In this document: positions 8,994-16,992 of the stretch, in pieces | Numbering within the stretch: the first letter of the stretch is position 1 | Layout: each line of letters opens with the position of its first letter | Assembly: GCA_043825735.1 (NCBI GenBank) | Contig: JBDRRP010000057.1 | Span: 62,001 to 126,000 of the forward strand | Direction of reading: 5' to 3' | Length of the DNA: 64,000 nt | Origin: Pseudomonadota bacterium | GTDB lineage: Bacteria > Desulfobacterota > Desulfobacteria > Desulfobacterales > JBDRRP01 | Notes under the pieces: generated by a model | Databases searched by the model: none | What the model was told of the DNA's origin: nothing | Seen by the model: only the letters and a program-made list of their open reading frames with translations | Made by a program: the position numbers and the translations under genes

Positions 8994-9854
8994 TTATTGC
9001 ATCATTCGGCGGGGGTGTTGCCGGGGCGCCCAAAGAGGCGCTCGAAGAAGCTCGTCCCATTTTTCCCGCCAGCCTTCGGAATGCGTCGCCTCCGCCACTT
9101 CAGTAACGCTTCGGCAGGACAGATCTCCCGTTCTCCGGGCGAAAGACTGCACGATGAAGACCGGGACGATGCGGTCCTTGGTGCCGATGAAGTGGCGCAT
9201 GGGAATGTGGCCGATTTCCGGAGAATAGTCTATTGGATTCAATGAACCGTCCAATACGTCGACGCGATGATATTCATTCAGCGTCTCGTGATCAAGGTTT
9301 CCAGCGATCGTCCTCACGCCGATCACATCTTCCCTGCGCGCGGCAACCAAAACGGCGACGGCGGCGCCACCCGAGTACCCGATCAGATGGATTTTGCTCG
9401 CCTTCGCTTTTTGCCGAAGCAGTTCGACGGCCTCGTTCATAGAAGCGATGACCTCCTCAGAAAACCGCCTGCTGGACCAGTATGCCGGGTCGCACGAACC
9501 GGACAAAGATGTGGCATATTGCCCCGGCCTTGCCAGGTAAGCCACATTCGCCGAAGGATCGCTTCCGGCAAGGTCCGTGACGAGGGTATCCCGGGGCGTA
9601 GGATCTTGCGACAGGCGGGAACGGGTCAGCCATGCCCTCCCGTCACCTTCGATGTATACGGTCATCGGCGCTCCCGGCTTGCTGAATCGGCAATAGCTTG
9701 TCAATACAAAACGGCTGGTTTGTATGTAGGATCTCTCCCATGTGCCGGGGGAGAACCGGGTAAAAGCGCTTTCTGGACCCAGGGCACAGCCGGCTGTGAC
9801 GATAGTCGGGGCAAGAATGAGTGCACAGAGGAATTTAAAATGCGTACCGGGCAT
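8994..9854 (-). CDS. Alpha/beta hydrolase fold lipoprotein (putative esterase)
   Basis: Lipobox VTAGC; VYIEGDG; nucleophile elbow GYSGG; D and H triad candidates (KDRIVP, ATHSEG). Confidence 0.85.
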   Translation of the reverse strand: MPGTHFKFLCALILAPTIVTAGCALGPESAFTRFSPGTWERSYIQTSRFVLTSYCRFSKPGAPMTVYIEGDGRAWLTRSRLSQDPTPRDTLVTDLAGSDPSANVAYLARPGQYATSLSGSCDPAYWSSRRFSEEVIASMNEAVELLRQKAKASKIHLIGYSGGAAVAVLVAARREDVIGVRTIAGNLDHETLNEYHRVDVLDGSLNPIDYSPEIGHIPMRHFIGTKDRIVPVFIVQSFARRTGDLSCRSVTEVAEATHSEGWREKWDELLRAPLWAPRQHPRRMMQ

Positions 9855-12800
9855 TCACGTATCCCGAATGGCTTTGAAAATCTTGCCTGATCTCGAAATG
9901 GTAGTTTAGGGCTAACTCGATGTCATACTGCGTGTACAGGGTGATTCTTGCCCCGAGGGCCAACCCGCTTCGTGCGACAGGGATTGCGGTTGTCGCGAAG
10001 GAAGCGCCCCCGCCGGCGAAGGTCGCCGTGATTTGCTGGTTATCGCTCAGCAGGTCATACAGCCACTTGGCGTACAGCTCGGACCGTAAGGCGCCGTAAG
10101 GTACGTTTGCGCTGTAGTCCGTTTCCAACCCCAGAGCAGACCGGATCGTGTTGTAATTTTGCGGGTCGACCTTCAAATTCAAGTCCCCCGCGTTCTTCTC
10201 CACGTAATCTTCGATGTGCAGATGATAGTACCCGATGGCGGCGAGGGGGGTCCAGTTGAAATGTCCTGCTTTGATTACATGTCCGCTCTCCAGGTAAAGC
10301 GCGTACTGCTGCCCGCTGTATTCGCTGTCTGCGGTGCGCCGGATGCCCGGTAAAACGATGTTCCTTGAGCTGCGGTAATCATTGTGGACGAAACTCAGCG
10401 CGGCGTTGAAGTAATTGGCGTTTCTGGAAAAGTCTCCGTAAAGGGTCCCCTGGTAGCTCTCCATGTCGGTCTTGCCGGCATTGTCTTCCGATCGGATCCG
10501 GCTATCAGCATATCCGATCGCCCCACCGAGTCTTAACGCGTTGCCGACCAAGACGTCGTAACCAGAGGCGACCCCTTCCATAGAGGCGTCGTATCCGCCA
10601 CTTCCGGAAACGGAATTCTGGCGCAGGCGGTTTCCAAACACTTGAGCCCATACGCCCCTGTCGACGGACGAATCGCCCGTCGAGATTCCGGTCCCGGTAA
10701 CGTCTTGCGCGGACCGGGCGTAGTCGAGCCTGTTGCGGACGGAACCCAGGAGTCCATGTAGGGCGGTATCAGATACCTGGAGGAGGCTGTTGTCGACCAC
10801 TGACTGGAGCTTCAATGCGTTGGATGCGTCTCCAGAGCCGTCGAGCGTGGCAATGACATTTTGCATGTCTGGGCCGGTGCCAGGGGCGCTGGCCAGCGCA
10901 TCCAGAACGGCGCCCAAAGAGGCGTTTCCGCTCTCCTGCGCATAATACTGGTTATTTCGCGACGCGACCAGGAAGAGACTGGACACTCTTCGCTCGACGG
11001 ATAGACGGATCATCGGATAGGCGGGATCGTTCTGGACCTGGATTTGCGCCGTATCCGTCTGAAGGGATCCGCCGGCGCTGGGCTCGACGATAAGAAAGCT
11101 ATCCTGATCCCGGATGATGCCCGTTTCGGCGATCTGAGGTATTAGTGTCACGGGGCCCGTATCGGCGATCTTTGCGGTTTGCATGCCCCAGATTTTCGGC
11201 GTCGTTTGCGTGATTTTAGACAGCGAAAAACTGATGGCGGTGCTGTTTGCACTCAAGGTATCGGCAGCATCGGAACCGAGATCAATGTGGCCGTTCACCC
11301 TGCCTCCGGACAGCGTGACTGTGTCGTTGCCCGGCCCACCGATAATGCCGCCGTTTACGAGGCCTCCGGATAGTATTATGGTGTCGGCCGCGTTTCCGCC
11401 CGTGATTCCGCCCGCCTGGATCGTTCCGTCCGTCATGTTGAGCGTTCCGCCGTCCACCGTTACCCATGTCTGGTCGCCGGCCGTGATCTCTCCCGTGAAT
11501 GTCCCGCCGGAGCGCACGGCCAAGGAATCGCTGCCCGATCCCAGATCGATATGGCCCGTCACCGCACCGCCGTCGATGCGGACGGTGTCGTTGCCTGAAG
11601 CCGTCCTGATAGCGTACCCGGTCCCCTTGCCGGTGATGGTCCCGGTGCTGGTGATCTCGGTATCTCCCGCCCAGGCCATCACGGCCGTCCCGTTGTCCCC
11701 GGGTCCCTCGATGGTTCCCGAATTGATCAGGATATTCTTGACGGAACCGGCGTAAGGCGCCGCATGCGTATCGCCTTTGAACAGCAGCGCAATGTTTTCG
11801 CTTCCGGCAACGTTGAACTTCTTTGTATCCGCACTGGCCGTGATGATGCCCGCGTTCGTGACCGTATAGTTTTGCGACCCCACCAGGATGCCTTGCCCGC
11901 CGCTCATTGAGCCGCCTGGAGCGAGGTCAATCGTATTGGGGACGGAGGCGTTCAGGCTCGCACCGGCCTGGAAGTCGGCACCGGCCCAGAGCGTGTCACA
12001 GGGCCCGGTGACGTTGAAGTTGGGAAAGCCGTTGCCGTATTGCGCGTCGGCGGCGCTGCTGAACGTAATGCCGTTGTTTTTCGTGTAGAGATAGGACTGC
12101 GTCGCGTAGATGCCGACGGCGACCAATCGTCCGGCCTCGTTCGTGCCGGAGGGCGTTTTCGCAGGATCGGAATCTCCCGTGCCGCCCAGCAGGATGAATT
12201 CGGACATCCCCTGGATATCCTGCAAATTGGCAGGAACGTTTTCCGCCTGCCCCCAGTAGTAGGTATAGCCCAACTGCGTCCAGGGAAAAGGGGTTCCGGA
12301 ATAGGCCTGCCCTGCCCAGTTGTCATAGGCGGCTTTGAAGTTGGCAAAAACCGAATCGGCAGCTGCGCCGGATCCGATGCCGGCGGCCTGGGCGTCGGTG
12401 GGAAATGCGCCGCTGGTTCCATAGTCCGCGGGATTGGTGCCAAACAGCGTGGGATCCGGATTCCTCGTGGGACGCAGCAGGTGCGCATTGGCCGTGTCGC
12501 CGACGACGACGGCCATCTCGAAGATGGCATCGTGGGTTCCCGTGTCCCTCATGCCGAGCCCCTGCTCCAGCCCTTCGACGAGCGCGCCGGCAGTCAGCCC
12601 CTGGCCTTCGATGAACTTCGTCAGCTCGTTGCCCGCTGTGACCCATGCGTTCATGGCGGTCTTATCGCCGTAGATGGCGTAGTTCGCCCCGGCGGTCGCC
12701 GTCCCCCGGACGCCGTTGTATGCGTCACTGCGGCTGAGGCTGCGGACGACAAGTTGATTTTTGGCCGGATCGCCGTAGAATCTCAGGCCGAAGGGGTTGG

Positions 12801-13947
12801 CCCCCACGGATCCGGCCTCGGAGACCTTGACCATGCCGGCTGCCGCCGGCATCCGGGCCGCCGGCGCATCGGCGTTCGCGGTGGCGTTTTCCACCGCCTG
12901 GGGATAGGTTTCCTTGGTAGTCGTGGACATGGAGACGGTCTCAAGGTTCGGAAGACCGGCCCCGTCCGGCCCGATGGCGGTCTGCGTCCACGTCGCACCA
13001 CCGTCGGCTGTATAGTAGATGGTACCGGGAAAGCGGTTTACATCGCCGTTCGAGGTCGCCCACGCTTGATCGGCGCTGATTACGCTGATCCCTTTAACAA
13101 ATTCTTTCCCGTAAGTACGTTGCCAGTTCGCACCGCCGTCCGTGGACCACACTACGGCGTTGTCCACGGCGGTCCAGACCGTCGAGGCGTTGAGCAAGGA
13201 GACCTCGTTGACGTCGAAATAGCCTTCAGTGTTCACCAGTTGCCAGGTAGCGCCTCCGTCCGTCGTGGCCAAAACGGCACCACGGCCGACAGCCCAGAGT
13301 CTTTTATTATCGGCTGCCGCGATACCGAGGATGTGAGTCGTAAGGGATACGTCGCCGCCGCTCTGCCGAGTCCAGTTTGCGCCGGCATTGTCGCTGTAAA
13401 GAATGGTGGCGTACCCGTCTTTAGTGTCGCCGGTCGCCCAGACGTGGACGCCGTCGGTCGTCGTGACACCCTGGAATAGGACCGTGCCGTACCCGGCAGG
13501 GCATTGATTGGTCCAGGTGGCACCGCCGTCGCTGCTATTAAGGATGGTCCCCTTATCCCCGACGGCCCAGATCTTCTGGTTCCCGAAACTGTGAACCTTG
13601 AGGAGTTCGACATCGGGAACATCTGTCGGCGAACCCAGCCTGGTCCACGTAGCCCCGGCGTCCGTCGTCCGATAAATGGTCCCATAACCGCTGTCGGAAT
13701 CCCCCACGACATAGGCGGTACGGCCGTTGACCGCGAAAACGCCCGACAAAGCGACGTTCGCGACCTGCCCCGTCCCCTGATAGGTCCAGTTTTGGCCGCT
13801 GTCATCCGAATAAAGGATATTGCCGCTCCCGTTGAACGGACGCCCAACGGTCCAGCCGTATGCCGTCTCTCCCGCGAAGGCGAAGGCGGCGGGAAAAAGA
13901 GACAGAAGTAAAATGAAAGCAAAATAGGGGAATCGCCCTTTCATCAT
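9835..13947 (-). CDS. Autotransporter with N-terminal BNR/YCF48-like beta-propeller
   Basis: Signal peptide; repeated S/TxDGGxTW Asp-boxes; Gly/Thr-rich beta-helical passenger; barrel from GVWAQVFG to terminal ARYAF. Confidence 0.9.
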   Translation of the reverse strand: MMKGRFPYFAFILLLSLFPAAFAFAGETAYGWTVGRPFNGSGNILYSDDSGQNWTYQGTGQVANVALSGVFAVNGRTAYVVGDSDSGYGTIYRTTDAGATWTRLGSPTDVPDVELLKVHSFGNQKIWAVGDKGTILNSSDGGATWTNQCPAGYGTVLFQGVTTTDGVHVWATGDTKDGYATILYSDNAGANWTRQSGGDVSLTTHILGIAAADNKRLWAVGRGAVLATTDGGATWQLVNTEGYFDVNEVSLLNASTVWTAVDNAVVWSTDGGANWQRTYGKEFVKGISVISADQAWATSNGDVNRFPGTIYYTADGGATWTQTAIGPDGAGLPNLETVSMSTTTKETYPQAVENATANADAPAARMPAAAGMVKVSEAGSVGANPFGLRFYGDPAKNQLVVRSLSRSDAYNGVRGTATAGANYAIYGDKTAMNAWVTAGNELTKFIEGQGLTAGALVEGLEQGLGMRDTGTHDAIFEMAVVVGDTANAHLLRPTRNPDPTLFGTNPADYGTSGAFPTDAQAAGIGSGAAADSVFANFKAAYDNWAGQAYSGTPFPWTQLGYTYYWGQAENVPANLQDIQGMSEFILLGGTGDSDPAKTPSGTNEAGRLVAVGIYATQSYLYTKNNGITFSSAADAQYGNGFPNFNVTGPCDTLWAGADFQAGASLNASVPNTIDLAPGGSMSGGQGILVGSQNYTVTNAGIITASADTKKFNVAGSENIALLFKGDTHAAPYAGSVKNILINSGTIEGPGDNGTAVMAWAGDTEITSTGTITGKGTGYAIRTASGNDTVRIDGGAVTGHIDLGSGSDSLAVRSGGTFTGEITAGDQTWVTVDGGTLNMTDGTIQAGGITGGNAADTIILSGGLVNGGIIGGPGNDTVTLSGGRVNGHIDLGSDAADTLSANSTAISFSLSKITQTTPKIWGMQTAKIADTGPVTLIPQIAETGIIRDQDSFLIVEPSAGGSLQTDTAQIQVQNDPAYPMIRLSVERRVSSLFLVASRNNQYYAQESGNASLGAVLDALASAPGTGPDMQNVIATLDGSGDASNALKLQSVVDNSLLQVSDTALHGLLGSVRNRLDYARSAQDVTGTGISTGDSSVDRGVWAQVFGNRLRQNSVSGSGGYDASMEGVASGYDVLVGNALRLGGAIGYADSRIRSEDNAGKTDMESYQGTLYGDFSRNANYFNAALSFVHNDYRSSRNIVLPGIRRTADSEYSGQQYALYLESGHVIKAGHFNWTPLAAIGYYHLHIEDYVEKNAGDLNLKVDPQNYNTIRSALGLETDYSANVPYGALRSELYAKWLYDLLSDNQQITATFAGGGASFATTAIPVARSGLALGARITLYTQYDIELALNYHFEIRQDFQSHSGYVNARYAF

Positions 13948-14398
13948 GCGGAATAAATCACAAAAATGCATAACTACACTTCCAGGATTCACGAGAAGGC
14001 CGCATAAAGGGAGGTAACCTATTGAAACTATAAAGCAATAACTTGAAAGACCCTAACTCTTGACATATAATGAATTCGCTAAAATCAATAATAATATCAA
14101 GAGGAAAGGGCCGGCGCGCACCATAGCAGGGGATCCTTCCAAACTCAAGTTGACATTCGCGTTCAAGGTCAAATCGACCAGTTTTCACCAAGTTTCGCAT
14201 CGGTTCTTTGTTGCACCGATTTTGAATGCAAGCTTTCAAAAGCCCCCAAACCTTCTCGCGGCTTTTATGAACTGTTCACAGCAATGCAACCCGATTCAGC
14301 ATGGGTGGTTGCGCCGGTAGATGCCACTTATGAGATAAAGCCGGAAATTTTTGTCTGCGCGCCGGCAGCTTTGAAGATAGACTGATTACCCCTGTGAC

Positions 14399-14557
14399 CG
14401 TTTTCTCGACTGTGGGATTCTGAAAAACGGATGTGCACGGGTCCGGTGCGGCGACTGCCGTCATGAGTATCTTCTGGCATTTTCGTGAAAGCGGCGCCGT
14501 CAGGCTTTCCCAGCCGCAAAACACGAAAATGCATCGAACGCCTGTTTCGAGCCAGGG
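14399..14557 (+). pseudogene. Decayed IS91-family transposase relic (right copy), zinc-binding domain fragment
   Basis: RFLDCGILKNGCARVRCGDCRHEYLLAFS*KRR matches the IS91 Zn-binding motif; TGA at 14486-14488 replaces the conserved Cys; no start codon. Confidence 0.8.
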
Positions 14558-14603
14558 TCCCATATCGACAGGGCGCTATAAATTTTGGATAAAAGAAAAT
14601 TCA

Positions 14604-14758
14604 TTAACCACGAAACACACGAAACACACGAAAGAAGATGGATAGTCAATTTCGGGCATTACCCAAAGGTCGAAGTGCAGCGGATTGTGGTGTGAGCCTC
14701 GGAACACTCGAAATATGCGAAAGATAAGAACTTTTCGTGTGTTCCGTGTGTTTCGTGG
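14604..14758. repeat. MITE/REP-like palindromic element, copy 2
   Basis: Direct-orientation near-copy of 8678-8835, including the internal sequence. Confidence 0.85.
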
Positions 14759-14856
14759 ATGGGTGTCGACGGGAATGAAAAGTGTACCACCCTGGTGACG
14801 TGACAACTCGCCTTAAACGGTCCATTTTATCCCCGAAACGTGCGTGTTAAGGCAGT

Positions 14857-15798
14857 TTACCCGCCGGAGTAGAACCCGTCGTCGAACTGCCCCAATAGGC
14901 GCACCTCCCGTTCCAGTCGGACGCCGAAGCGGGCCGCCACCCGGTCCTGGATCCGGCAAATCAGCGCGTACACCTCGGAAGCGTTGGCCCGACCCATGTT
15001 GAGGATGAACCCGGCATGCTTGGGGCTGATCATGGCATCCCCGATACGCTCCCCCTTGAGCTCGGCCGCTTCGATGAGGGCGCCGGCGTAGTTGCCTGCG
15101 GGCCGTTTGAACACCGACCCGCAGGAGGGCCGGTGAAGGGGTTGTTTGGCCGTCCGGCGGGCCAGGGTCTGTGAGAGGCGCCGGGTCAGCTCAACCGGAT
15201 CGGCCGGCGAGAAGATAAATTCACCGGCCGTGACCACTCTGTCCTTGAGTCCGGGTGCCGCGCGGTACTGGAATGCCGCCTGCCGGCGTTCGATGCGAAA
15301 CGGGGTTCCGTTTCGCTCGAATCCGCGGACCGCCGCCACCACCCCCTCGATTTCCTGACCGAAGGCCCCGGCGTTCATCATGAGCGCGCCCCCCACACTG
15401 CCGGGGATGCCGGCCATATGCTCCATGCCCCCCAGCCCTTCGGCCACCGCTGCCCGGATGAAATCGGTCAGCGGCGTGCCGGCCAGGGCCGTGGCCCCGG
15501 ATGCTGCCAACGACCATCCGGACAGATTATTGCCCAGGTAAAGGGTGATTCCCGGCCAGCCGGTATCGGAGACCAGCAGATTGGTGCCGCGCCCTAATAC
15601 GAACAGGGGCAGATCCAGCGTCGCGATGACGGCCAGCGCACTGCCGACGGCGAGCTCGTCGGCCGGGACCACCCAGATGGCGCTTGGGCCGCCGATGCGG
15701 TAGGCCGTGTAGGGCGCCAGGGGTTCCTTGGCGAGCACGGTGCCGTCGATGTGCGCACGCAGTTTCTGCAGCGCGATGTCAATGCCGTGATGGGTCAT
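14857..15798 (-). CDS. murB: UDP-N-acetylmuramate dehydrogenase
   Basis: YTAYRIGG, LGRGTNLLVSD, GIPGSVGGALMMNAGAFG, QPL..PSCGSVFKRP, KHAGFILN, LEREV. Confidence 0.95.
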   Translation of the reverse strand: MTHHGIDIALQKLRAHIDGTVLAKEPLAPYTAYRIGGPSAIWVVPADELAVGSALAVIATLDLPLFVLGRGTNLLVSDTGWPGITLYLGNNLSGWSLAASGATALAGTPLTDFIRAAVAEGLGGMEHMAGIPGSVGGALMMNAGAFGQEIEGVVAAVRGFERNGTPFRIERRQAAFQYRAAPGLKDRVVTAGEFIFSPADPVELTRRLSQTLARRTAKQPLHRPSCGSVFKRPAGNYAGALIEAAELKGERIGDAMISPKHAGFILNMGRANASEVYALICRIQDRVAARFGVRLEREVRLLGQFDDGFYSGG

Positions 15799-15799
15799 G

Positions 15800-16774
15800 T
15801 CAACCGAGACTCGCCTGGCCCTGGTCGATGGCGACGCCGGGGGCCTTGGTGATGGCGACGGCCCCGGCAGTATCGATGCCGTGTCCAATCAGGTAGCCCC
15901 GGGCTTGGAGCTCTTTAAGGCCGCTGGCGACCTTTTCCGTCGCAGAGGCCTCCCCGGCATCCATATCCAGGTTCACTGCCCTGGCCAGTTGCAATACCGG
16001 CAGGCTCAATTGGGTTCGGACCTGCCCCTGCAGATAGCGGTAAAGGGCCTTGGCCACATCGGTCTTGAGGCCCTGACGGAAACTGAGATCGATATTGGTG
16101 ACGAAGCTATCACCGTACATCTGAAGAAAATAGGGGTTTACGGCGATGCGGACCGCTCCGGTGTCGACGTTTCGGTCGCAGTAGGTGAGGATGGAACCGG
16201 TCATCTGGCGGACGGTTTTTTTACGCTTGCCGCGTCCCGAAAGCAGGGCCAGATCGATGCGGGTGCCTGCCAGCCGTTGGAGGCTGTGCCAGGTGGCGTT
16301 GCAGTTGGCGCGGCTGCCGGTCACCTTGGCCAGACGGCAGATATCCGCTTCGGTGGTCTCGAACGCCTCGCTGCGGCTCCGGCGCATGAGGGCCAGCAGG
16401 CAAAAGAGCACGGTTTCGTCAAAGATCACCAGGAGCTCGCCCACCACCCGCATCTTCCCCCATCCGGAATGGTCGCCCGAATCGAGACGGACCAGGGGCC
16501 AGTCCTTGGTGGTGTTCTTGTTGCGAAAGTGAAACGGCGATACGCGCGTCATGAGGGTGGGCATGAAGCTGAACACCCGCTGGACATGCGGCTGGCGGCT
16601 GATGTGGGCCTTCACGGCGGCACTGGCCTCGGCGACCATCTGAACCGGCGTGAGCGGCCGGCTGTCGGCTTCCGGTGTCGGGTAAGGACGCGGTTTGGAG
16701 AACTTACCGGTAAACAGCAGCGGGGCGACGGGCTCTTTGGGTTCCGGCATGATATGCTCCTGGGTGACGATCAC
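15800..16774 (-). CDS. TrfA/RepC-like plasmid replication initiator homologue
   Basis: GELLVIFDETVLFCLL, FETTEADICR, SLQRLAGTRI, GSILTY...DTGAVRIAVNP and TNIDLSFRQGLKTDVAKALYRY are colinear with the TrfA-type winged-helix pattern as recalled; start at 16774 or 16750. Confidence 0.65.
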   Translation of the reverse strand: MIVTQEHIMPEPKEPVAPLLFTGKFSKPRPYPTPEADSRPLTPVQMVAEASAAVKAHISRQPHVQRVFSFMPTLMTRVSPFHFRNKNTTKDWPLVRLDSGDHSGWGKMRVVGELLVIFDETVLFCLLALMRRSRSEAFETTEADICRLAKVTGSRANCNATWHSLQRLAGTRIDLALLSGRGKRKKTVRQMTGSILTYCDRNVDTGAVRIAVNPYFLQMYGDSFVTNIDLSFRQGLKTDVAKALYRYLQGQVRTQLSLPVLQLARAVNLDMDAGEASATEKVASGLKELQARGYLIGHGIDTAGAVAITKAPGVAIDQGQASLG

Positions 16775-16992
16775 GGGCGCCGGTCAAAAAGGGGTTGACC
16801 GCGGCGGCGCCATTTCACCACATTCCACCAGAATCGAAACGGATTCAACTTTGAAATAGCCGTTTTGTTGGTTTTTCTCCAGTTTCGTTGGAGAAAAGGG
16901 TTCAAGGGTTGCGCCGATCCATTGATTATCGCGTTGTGGATGATGGTCCATTTATGATTGAGCGCGTTCAGACCCCAGCGGCCTGAAAGGCA

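Noticed and set aside
14486..14488. Selenocysteine codon at the conserved transposase Cys position
   Set aside because: The fragment has no start and loses frame straight after; a nonsense mutation in a relic is the simpler explanation
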